DNA of 61,316 nucleotides, the filler included. It is 10 parts of 10 records of this genome, joined end to end, with 100 filler letters (N's around TTAATTAATTAA, not from the genome) between each part and the next. Parts side by side here need not be neighbours in the genome. Positions count along the whole stretch, not along the records: positions 31,595 to 36,683 come from SRR7504441_6905; positions 36,784 to 40,458 come from SRR7504441_6907; positions 40,559 to 53,941 come from SRR7504441_6909; 7 more parts are not named here. One strand, written 5' to 3'. Below the pieces are notes generated by a model. It searched no databases, was not told where the DNA came from, and was given only the letters and a program-made list of their open reading frames with translations. Of this stretch, positions 34,845 through 44,990 are shown one piece after another (position 1 is the first letter of the stretch; every line of letters begins with the position of its first letter). The position numbers were made by a program, and so were the translations under genes.

Positions 34845-36503
34845 ATGCGATGCTGCGTGGTGGCGGGTGCGCTGCTCGCTACCGCCGCGTGCAGCGCGTC
34901 GGCGCCCCCGGGGGTGCTCGGGCACTTCCTGCGCTCGGTGCCGGTGAACGCGACCGGGCCGCTGCTCCCGAGCCTGCCGACGGTCGCGCCGGACTGGCTG
35001 GCCGGGTACAGGCACTATCGGCTGCTCCCAGGCCTGTTCCCGGACGGGATGCGGTACCACTTCGACGGCCTGGCCACCGTGCTCAAGTTCGATTTCGGGC
35101 CCAACGGCAGCCTGGCGCTCAAGTCCCGCGGCTACCAGAGCGCTGCGTACACAGAGTGGAGCCGATGCGTCTTCTTTGGGACTGGGACGGGCCCGACGTT
35201 GGGGACAGAGATTTGCTTCAAGAACCCCGGTGTCAACTTGCTTCCGATCGCAGGGGAGCTCTGGCTGACCATCGACACGGCCAAGTGGGGCAGGGTGGAT
35301 CCAGTCAGTCTGGAGACCCTGCCGTATGAGGTGAAGCTGGACGCCCTGGTGCTCAACGCGCATCCAGCCTGCCACGGCCAGCTGTGCTATGTCCAGCACC
35401 CATGCCCACGCAAGCCGAGGTGCATCACGCCGCATGATCCGCCGGCTGACCGGTGCTGGTGGCAGCCCGCTCTCCGATCAGGCGTGTGTGTCGGTGCTCC
35501 GTCCGACTGGTGGCGACATGCAGACCGAAGAAGTCTCGCGGGTCACCATGAGCAGCAAGAAGCTGATCCAGCACTCGCACTCGCCGTGCCTCACACCGGG
35601 GTTTGTAGTCTCAAAGTTGGACTCATTCGAGGCTCGAGTCCCCGTTCTGGCTAACGGCGGCATGCTCCGGTATCTCCGGCAGCAGCAGGCTGACCAGTGG
35701 CTGGTGATGGACCGGAGGACCAATCAGTCCAGGCTGGTCTCTAGCAACTTCAGCTTTGTCAACAACCATTTCTGGAACTGTGCGCCGGGCACCGAGGCCG
35801 CTGGTTGAGCCTGGGGGCAGGTCTGGAGAAGCCGGACGGCACTCTGTTGATGGAGGCAGTCCCTGCCAGCCATGACTATCTGGACAACTACTTCGAGGCG
35901 CATCATCCCGCCGGCGTTGGCCTGACGTGCACTGTTTGCAGCACAATCTAATCAAGAATGTGACCCCCTGGAGCAAGCTGCTCTTCCCACCCGTCAGTTG
36001 CTCGCTTGCCCCCAACAGCAGCGCTATCGAGTGCGCTCCGATGCTGCCCGGCTCCGAGTTGCTGTTCGGTGCCAGCAAGGCAGGTGGCTGGCCTAAGCCG
36101 TGTGGCAGATTATCCGACATTCAACCCACACTTTAAGATGAACCCGGATTATCGGTACATGTATGCCATCGCGCCGCGCAGCCTGCAGCAGTCGAGGTGG
36201 TTTGATAGTTTGGTCAAACTGGACAGACAAGCCCGAACTATCCTGAAGCAGTGGTCACAGCCCGGGGTGCTGCTGACAGAGGCTGACTTCATCCCGCGCT
36301 CGGGCAGCACGCAGCCAGCCGATGAGGACGATGGGGTGCTCATCTCGGTGATATATAACGCCACAGAGGACCGGAGCAAAGTTGCGCTGTTTGACGCCCG
36401 CACAGTGCAGTTGATCCAGCTCTACGAAATCGGGTGGGCGGTGCCGTTCCATGCCCATGGGATCAGCTGTGCCCCGAGCCAGCCATGCTGGACCAACCCA
36501 TGA
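34845..36503 (+). CDS. Carotenoid cleavage oxygenase (RPE65/BCO/CCD family) with predicted signal peptide
   Basis: HFDGLA; candidate iron ligands NAHP, HSHSP, NNHFWN and FHAHG; DYPTFNP; EADFIPR; EDDGVLISVI; four introns. Confidence 0.88.
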
Positions 36504-36783
36504 TTGGGCGATTGCTTCCCTGAATAATCATTAGCGCTCGCCATAACAGCACCTATTGCGCACAAAACCTAACAACACCTAGCCAAGTAGCGAGCGCACT
36601 TGCTTTTAATATGTCCTAAACAACGGCGGGTGGGTAGCTATGTAAACCAAAGATGAGAGATGAATTCCATTTTAATGCGTGATNNNNNNNNNNNNNNNNN
36701 NNNNNNNNNNNNNNNNNNNNNNNNNNNTTAATTAATTAANNNNNNNNNNNNNNNNNNNNNNNNNNNNNNNNNNNNNNNNNNNN

Positions 36784-37724
36784 GGGGGGGGTGAAGGATG
36801 GAGGCAGGCTGGGCGCGGAGGGGGGGCTGCTGGTGAAGAGCACAGAGTGTGGCCGGGCGACCTGTTTCATCGATAGCGTCACAGGTCACCCGGATTAACA
36901 TTAATAGCAGCTGAGCCTATCCCGGCGCAGGGTTCGGGTTTGTGGGCGACTGGCTCGGCTGCTCCTACCCGCCGTGGAGCTCAGCCACTGGAGAGAGGTC
37001 TGTGTGAGCCAACTAGTAGTGTCAACTCGAATAGTTGTTGGGTAATGGCACACGATGGAGCATCGGGCAGGCTGCAGCTGGCCGGTGGGGCGGGTGGGCT
37101 GGAGCCCCGGCTGCGGTGAGGCTCCAACGGACGCTGCTTTCTAATCCGGGTGGCCAGGCTGGAGATGATCAGGATGGTTGAGGAGTCTGCAGAGTCGATC
37201 TCCTCACTCCAACTCTCACGTTACGGAGGGCTCTCGGCGGTGCCCGCCAGTCTGGACCGGGCCCGGCGGGCGGTGCACGCGCTCGAGGTGGCTGCCGGCC
37301 CGGCTGGGTGGGAGTGTGGGCAGGCTCTTGCTGTCCAGGCACACAGGATGCACTTGACAGGTGCTGGGCTGCAGAGCTTTGTGCGGCAAGAGCTGGACGG
37401 CTGGTGTGAGCAGGAAGCCGACCGGTGGGGCCGGGGCGGCTGGCAACGGAGGCGAGCGGTAGGTTGGGGTTTGGGTGGACCGATGGGATGGCGGAGCTGG
37501 CGCAGGTGGTTGATTGATTTAATATTGATTCAAGCACTAGCCGACTAACTGGGCGCAGTTGGATCTGACACTGAGCGTGCGGGCGGTGGTGGAGCACGTG
37601 ACCCCGTTTAGTTAATTGATATAGCCACACGGCCCCAGGGGTGATGTTGCCGTAGGTGGAGACCTGCCTGAGGACTGAGTATCGCACTCCGAAGGTGCTG
37701 GCGAGCAGCCGCGACGGGAGTTAG
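36784..37724 (+). CDS. Hypothetical intron-rich gene, 3' part
   Basis: Short open exons alternate with GT-AG introns, ending VETCLRTEYRTPKVLASSRDGS*; no family recognised. Confidence 0.4.
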
Positions 37725-37861
37725 CGCCATCGAGCATCTAGGTCGGTCAGGCTGTGCGCATGCGAGTGCAATACTAAGTTTGCTTGATTTAGAATTGGTT
37801 TTAAGCATTCAGCGTTAAGGCACTGCGTTTTTATTCACATAACGGCCAGCTGACGGCAGCC

Positions 37862-40384
37862 ATGTCGGTGGGCAGTCCGCTTCGGGAAATGGGAAGAAGC
37901 GACCTCGCCCGGGCGGCCGAGGCCGGAGTGCAGTGGGCGCTGGCCAACGGCAACCATTGCTGTCCGTTGGGCGCTCAGGCTCGGCTGGGCAGGGCTGGTG
38001 ATGGGCCTGGCCGACCGGCCAGGCGCCGCCGAGCACGCGCCGATGACCCTCCGGCCCACCAGCGTGGCCCGCGGTGGGTTCAGATTGGCTGGCCGTTGGG
38101 GTTAACGGAAGACCGGCAGCCGTGTTCGAACGGATCTGGCGGGCCCAGCCGCTCTTCAACCTGCTGGTGGAGGCCGGCAGCAAAGACCGCGACTGGCTGA
38201 TCGGTGAGTCTTACGACGGCCGAGCGGTGATCGGGCTGGTCGGCCAGAGACGCTGATGCCGACGATCGCGGTCGACGACTTCACCCAGCGATGCTTCGCG
38301 CTGTGGCTCGAATCGTGCCAGCTGGCACCGGAGAAGGTCGGGGCGCTGTCGTGTTTGTTGATTTTGATTCAAGCTGCAGGCGTGCGTCCTCGGACTGCAT
38401 AGAACCGACTACCTGGTGGACGCCATCGACCAGGCGACCCGCCCTGGCTGTGCTCGCAATTCGAATTTGAATTGCAGCGGGCCAAGCTGGTTGAGCACAA
38501 CTCAATCGCAGCCTCGCTCGCCACACTGGCGGTCAAAGTCTCTCAGATGCACGGGTGGCGACTTTCGACACGGGGGTTTAACGGGATCGGGCAGCTGGCT
38601 GGCTTCGCGGTTCGTTGGGGCTGGAGAGACTTTGCCGGATATTCCTGTGAACGACGCTCTTGATGGGTTGGTCGGAGGGCTGGCTGCGGTGAGTGCTACA
38701 CTAGTCAGGCATAGTTCTTGCTAGCTAGAGCGGCCGGCTGGGCTGTGGAGTGTATGACTATCAGGGCAGGCGGTGGACGAGTACCGGAGCTACCACCAGT
38801 GCTCGCGCTGCGCGGTGCTGATGGTAGCTGGTAGAGCTCGGCTACCCTTGGTAATAGCTACCGGTTAGGTGGTGCTGGAGGGCGAGAGCAACACTGTGGA
38901 CCAGCGGGCCATCGAACATCTTCTGTGGTACGTGCTTATACTAGTAGCGGCCCTAGCATAAGTCGACTGGTTTGGGCAGGGACCGGCACGAGGTCCCGAC
39001 GGTGTTTGGATCGCTCGAGAGGCTCAGCCAGGTGCCTGCTTAAGCTCGATCTGCAGTCCATAACTGCCGGATTAGGCCGAAGTCAGAGACGACCAGAGCC
39101 TGCACTGGTAACTGCCAAATCTGTGGCTCGAGAGCTGTCGGTGCTGGAATCTGTGGCTAAGAATGGCTGGTGGCAGGGAGGGGCTCGAGGTAGCAGTCGC
39201 CTACTATCGCGCCGGGTGCCCCAGTTCTTGGTCTGGCTGTCGAGTGAGCCGGTTTCCAGGTACATGCCGGAGCATTACAGTCACCCGGCCGCCTGGTGCG
39301 CTTGCTATTGATTGCATTTAATGTCTAGCACGGGGTTGCACGGCTGGCTACTTATCCTTGGCCAAGGAACGGGCGCCGGCGGCTCGAGTTGTCCAGAGCT
39401 GTGAACGCGCCCAGCCTGGCCTACCAACTGATGGGCTGCAAGAAGGTCCAGCAGCGGCTCGCGATGCCGGGACAGCTCGAGCGGTCTCAGCCACGCGATT
39501 GTGCTGACTCGAGCGCAGGTTTGTGTCGGAGGCTCAGGCTGCCGAGCTGCGTGGCTGCCTTGTCGGTCACTATTCGCTGGTGCGTACTCGCGCTAGTAGA
39601 GGGCTGTACTAGGGCGTAGTAATCCAGGGGGGGCTGTTGATTCTGGCGGGTGCTGCAGGCTCCGGGGGAGGTGGACGCAGCCCTGCTTGACAGGGTGCGC
39701 TGCTACGAGTTTGATTAATTGATTGAACCAATCACAAAGGTGATGAAGCAGCCAGAGTTGTTTGTCCTGAAGCCGCAGCGTGAGGGCGGCGGCAACAATG
39801 TGAATGCCCGTTGTTGAGTCGAATCCGACTGGCTTGACAGGTGTACGGAGTTGACATCCCGCCAATGCTCGAAAGCCTGTCGCCGTCCGAGCGAGGGTGC
39901 CGCCTGATTAGGATTGCTGAGCCTGTTGTGAGTGTTAAGTGCGCTAACCGCCGGCTGGCTGCAGGGCATATATTTTGATGGATTTGATCAACACGAGCGT
40001 GACTAACGCCGACATGGTCAGACAGGTGGCCCTGGAGCAACTGATGGCTGAGAATGGCCGATGGCAGGGCCGGCTGATCAAATCCGTCCCGATCAAGTCC
40101 GAATTAGGAATCTACGGCGTGTTCCTCTCAAAGTAGTTTGCAGTATCAGTCAGCACTGATTGGCTGGTTGCAGGGCGGAGCGCGTGCTGCTTAATGTGCC
40201 GGCCGGCTGGCTGCTCAGGTGGACACAGCCTGGCAGATGGCACCAAATGGCTGGCCTTAGGTCCAAAACTGCGGACTCAAACGAAACTGGAATCAACGCC
40301 GGGTGAGCAACTGGGCTGTGCAGTTTTGACCGTGTGTTGAATAGGTATGGGATGATGGACGGAATCCAGCTGGTATCCAATTAG
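37862..40384 (+). CDS. GSS: Eukaryotic glutathione synthetase (about 20 short introns)
   Basis: Spliced motifs [97 protein letters not shown]. Confidence 0.93.
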
Positions 40385-40558
40385 ACTTCAAATCACAAGC
40401 ATCCACCATGCTTAGGTGGCACTCGTGTTTCTTCATTGACATGTGTTGGTGAGTAAGANNNNNNNNNNNNNNNNNNNNNNNNNNNNNNNNNNNNNNNNNN
40501 NNTTAATTAATTAANNNNNNNNNNNNNNNNNNNNNNNNNNNNNNNNNNNNNNNNNNNN

Positions 40559-41081
40559 AATGGGCGGCTCGGTGGCTCGGCCGAGGCAGGCCCGGCAACG
40601 CCTCGTCGGTCAACCCGGTGGACTGGAAGATCATGGAGGCGCCCGGATTCATGCCGGTCAACTGGCCGCACGTGCCCGGTTTCGACCTGGCGGGAGTGGT
40701 GGTCCAGGCGGCCGACGGATCCGGCTGGAGACCGGGCGATCAAGTCTGGGGATGGCCGACGCCACCTTCGCCGAGTACGTGCTGGCTGAGGCTGGGGCGC
40801 TCGGGCACAAGCCGCGCGGGATGGGGATGGTGGGGGCGGCCGCGCTGGGCGGAGTGGCCGGGCTGACCTCGCTCCAGTGCCTGCAGCGGACTGGGGCTCC
40901 GTGGGCGCACTCGGGCCAGTTCAGCGTGGCCATCACCAGCGGCTCCGGAGGCACTGGGATACCGGCCATCCAGATGGCCAAGGCACTTGGAGCCACCCGG
41001 GTGGTGACTGCAGCTAGCAGTACCAATGCGCAGCTGCTCGAGTCCCTGGGCGCCGATCTTGTGCTTAGAGCAGGCCTGTAA
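40559..41081 (+). pseudogene. MDR-family (quinone oxidoreductase-like) fragment with a frameshift and 3' truncation
   Basis: SVNPVDWK, PGFDLAGVV, TFAEY, GSGGTGIPAIQMAKALGA, LGAD; frame change at the G4 run 40748-40751; stops after LGADLV without the usual C-terminal part. Confidence 0.65.
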
Positions 41082-41310
41082 CATAAACTAATAAATCATC
41101 AGTGCTCTTAGGCGGTCGGTAGAGAATCCACATGAACGTAATCCTGTTTTAGTAGATCACTTGGAAAGTTCTATATCCTATATCTAGAGTATAATTATCT
41201 AGAGGCTCTAGACATTGCAATTGTGTATGGAAAGAAAGCACCGCGAAGCTGTTTTGCCCCGCGACTGCCCGACAAACTCACGGCCGCACACGAGCAGACC
41301 GCTCCTCCGC

Positions 41311-42472
41311 CTAGCGCTTGCTGATTGAACTCGCGCCTCTCGCACCAAACGTGCAGCTCAGATCGACCGGCGCAGTGCTGTTGCTGCTCGGCTTAGTCCT
41401 GTGGAAGTCGCCCAGATTGACCACATACCCACCGTCGCTGTCCAGCGAGAGCACGTCGTAGAATGAGTGGTCCACAAACAGCTCGCTCGCAATATATGAG
41501 AACCGCTTCTTCATCCCTCCCCCGGTGATTGGGTCGTAACCCTCCAGCTCGACAACTATTTCTCCGCGCGTCTCGATCATCCGCTCGATGCTCAAATCCC
41601 ACAGCGGGGACTGCGGCGTGATGTGGTGCACGATGGCGCTCGGAATGTCCATCATGAATGCTGAACTCTCCAGCGCGAGCGGCCTAAACACCAGCTGCCC
41701 GGTGGCGGCGTGCCATGAGACATAAAACAACCGAGTCTTCATATCCACCCACGGGTACTTGGTGCGCAGATTGACCGCCCGGCACTCGAGCACCTGCCCC
41801 CCGGTCGGCCGCCGGCTATGAGCGGTAGCGCACCTGAATGGTCTGCTCTCGGGAGTTGGGCACGGGAGCCGGGACCGCAACCGAGTGGACCACTGCCCTG
41901 TTGGAGAACAGGACTTGGTGCGAGATGGGGAACGGGTTGAGCAAGCGCGCCACCAACATTCCCACCCAGAACGCGTCCAGGGCTATCTGAAACATAATGG
42001 CCGCCAGAGGGAGGAGAGATCCCGCGTTATTCTTTGGGTAAGTATCGCCGTAGCCGACCGTAGACATTGTGTAGGCGGTGAAGAAGAAGACCCCGGAGAA
42101 GTCGCCATCCAGCCCGTGCACGTCGCTGCCCAGCTTGTTCTCTACAAATATGAGCACCCCCCAGAACAGGTAGCCCAGTATGTAGGATCCCAAGAACCCC
42201 AGAAAGTATTTCCACCACGGCCAGCCGATCATAGTGTGGAACGCCGTGCCCATCCCCCCGCCGCAGCACCCCCCGCGCTCCCGCCCGCTCGCGTCGATCA
42301 GCACTACCTTTGTGCTCCCATCCCGCTGGATTAGCCGGGGGTACGCCCGCTCCGGGCAGCAGGCCTCGTCGGGCTGGGGCTCGTACCGGCTGCATATCCC
42401 GCCGTAGTTATCGTGGTACTCGCTCGCCCACATGTCGTCCTGCGAGAGCTCCTGCGTCTCGCTCTTACTCAT
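41311..42472 (-). CDS. Inward-rectifier potassium channel (Kir family)
   Basis: WPWWKY, FFFTAYTMSTVGYG filter, VLFSNRAVV, IVHHITPQSPLW, EIVVELEGYD, RFSY; two short introns. Confidence 0.92.
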
Positions 42473-42640
42473 GCTTGCCTACGTGCCCGCGGCGCTATGA
42501 GTCGGAGCTCGCCCCCTTGCGTTTTATGTGACGCTATCGGCAACGGATTCGGCTCCCTCTCATCAAGGCAGGGAGGGCTCCTTGCAGCAGCAGGGGGAGG
42601 CCGCCGCCTGGGTGTGCGGGGCCCGGGCGGATCGGGCGGG

Positions 42641-44280
42641 ATGTCGGTCTCGCTGCTCGACAAGGCGATGATCCTGGCCTCCGAAGGTCCGGCCGGCTCC
42701 GGCTGAGCTGAGCCCTGCTGAGCAGGCATCGAGGAGGAGCCGCCATTGCTGGGCGACAAGCCGGACATGGAGCCGGACATGGGGCACGACGCGATGGACG
42801 ACAACTTGATCGAGGTGGAGCTGGTCGAGGCCAAGGACGCTGCCCCGAGCTGGGCCGTCTCGTCCACCATGCCGCTGCCGATCCACGACCCAGCGCTGCC
42901 CAAGCGGCTTGGGTTCTACAAGTACCGCAAGTGGACTGAGGAGGCTCTGGAGCTGGTGCGCCGGCCAGGCTGGGGCCCAGATGAGCGGTGTGGGGGCGCA
43001 GCTCAAGGAGCAGCACCGTGTGGAGACTGATCGAATCTTTGAGGCTCGCTGCTCGTTCGAGAGGACACGGGACTTGTGCCAGACGTCGGTGACCAAGATA
43101 CAACAGGAGACCGAGTCATCCGTGACTGAGACTGGAGCTGTGGCGGAGGTGAACCGCGTTATGGTGATGAAGGGCAAGGAGCTGGACGAGATCCATGCAG
43201 ACCTGAAGGCCAAGCGGGCGAAGCTCTACAAGGCAACAAAGGAGCTGCAGGAACAGAGAGATAGGTTCATTGATCACGTGGAAGCATACAAACAGAAAGC
43301 GCAGGAGGAGGAGGAGGCCCGCCAACTGGCCGAGCTCGAGGCTGCTGCGATTGCTGCGGAGGCTGCGGAAGACGCGGTTGACCCTGAAGAGGAACTAGCT
43401 ACCAAGGATGCTCAGATAGAGCAGCTGGATATAGAAGTCGAAGAGACCCGAAACGAGATGATGCAGCTTCCAGGGAATCTGCGAGGGCCTTTTGAGAAAA
43501 TCCTAGAGGATTTAGGCATCAAAAGGCTCCGTCTGCAGCTGATTGGATGTGAAGACCCAGAGGAGATTAGGGCGATCAACGCTGAGATTGCAGGCTTTGA
43601 GATGGCTGGACTAGCGAATTCGTATGGCCCAGACTAAACTATTCCTGTGGTATTGCGGGTTTGTCTTGTCCTTCTTTGTTGTGCTTGTCACATGGTTAGA
43701 CATCAACAATGCATTTACAATGAGGCAGGCAATTCAGATCAATGTGATCGAGGAAGACTTTTCAGAAGATGTCTCTTTTTTCCAGAAAGGTTTCCATGAT
43801 GTGGCAAACTCGGAAGAAATGTATGCATATTTCAATGATATTTTCGTTGAAGCAATCGGTGCTGAGGATGGGGGGCAAATCACCGAATATACCAGCATAA
43901 TAGGGCCAGTACGATTCAGGCAGCAGCGTGTGAAAGGCTATGAGCCCATCAGGACTGACAACGAGACAGTCTTCCTTCTCGATGGCTGGCAGATTCTCAA
44001 CTTCTTCATCTATCTGGGTGTACTCATATTCTACATTTTGATGCTTGTTTACATTGAAATGGACGCAAGAGAGGATTTTGATATTACCGCAACTTGGTAC
44101 CAGGATATGGACAAGCGGCAAAAACAGGCGAGCCGCATTGGGGCTGGCATCAGAGTAGATCTGGTGGACAGATACGAGACGGCTTGCGGAATGCCGTCTA
44201 CTTTGCTGGGCGGCCAGCGTCTCCCGTCACACGGCAGCTCATGCGAGACTCGGCGGCTGAGGAGCTCGCTACTTCCCTGA
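42641..44280 (+). pseudogene. Polycystin-2 (PKD2/TRPP)-like gene with coiled-coil N-terminus, internally deleted and truncated
   Basis: FLWYCGFVLSFFVV (S1-like), FHDVANSEEMYAY, IIGPVRFRQQRV (start of TOP domain), then directly DGWQILNF (S3-like); no pore region; frame change near 43620. Confidence 0.6.
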
Positions 44281-44990
44281 CATGCCAAAGCATCAAGGGA
44301 GAGTAACTGCAGAGTGCACGGGGACCTCCCCTCGGTGTCAGGCTGATTCCGTGCTTGCCTCTCTGCGACTCGTTTCAGCCTTCTATATTCCCGCTCTGCA
44401 GCCTCCAGATGCGTCCACATCATCACAGACAAAGGTTCACAGCATTAGAGTGCTGCTGACCGACGAGTGTGGATAGGCGACAATTCCAGCTCCTTGGACC
44501 ACAGCGTCACGATCTTCTATACGGATGCAAAGGGGAACGTGTGTGTGCATCGTGAGTCTCGGTCATTGCGCGGTTTGAGGGTGGTGCCCCAGGAGAGACG
44601 CACTTGCACAAGAGAGGGGAGCTCAACCACCATCGCTCTTGCATCCATTTGCATCTATGACAGAGGCCGGCCATGCACGCGCCGGCTCGGCCTTGCACTA
44701 TTATTCGTAGCTCAACCAAGCGCCACGACATCGCGATCTGCTCCGTCGCATCATGCGCTCGAGTGTCATTTACGAGTATAAACTGGGCGTCAATTGATAC
44801 GCTTGATGTGCACGTAGATCTAGAAAGCTGATCTACTTGTACTGTGGATCCTACGATTTGAGGGCGACCTTATCTAGTACACACCTAGAGGTCCCTTGTA
44901 AACCTCGTACCTCAGTGCAGGAGGAGGCTGAGAGGTCTGGGTGTGTATCAGGGCGACCTTGTACGTTATTCATCGCCTCGGCAGCAATCA

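Noticed and set aside
20847..36503. A functional gene cluster of transporters, hydrolase, methyltransferase and oxygenase
   Set aside because: The genes lie on different concatenated contigs and show no coherent pathway; close spacing is general in this genome.
37657..37724. ATCGCACTCCGAAGGTGCTG resembling U1 snRNA stem-loop II
   Set aside because: There is no ACTTACCTG 5' end or Sm site, and it reads as the final coding exon after a GT-AG intron.
37862..40384. Stop-codon reassignment or selenocysteine as the cause of fragmented ORFs
   Set aside because: The interruptions are explained by short GT/GC-AG introns, and TAA, TAG and TGA all end genes normally in this window.
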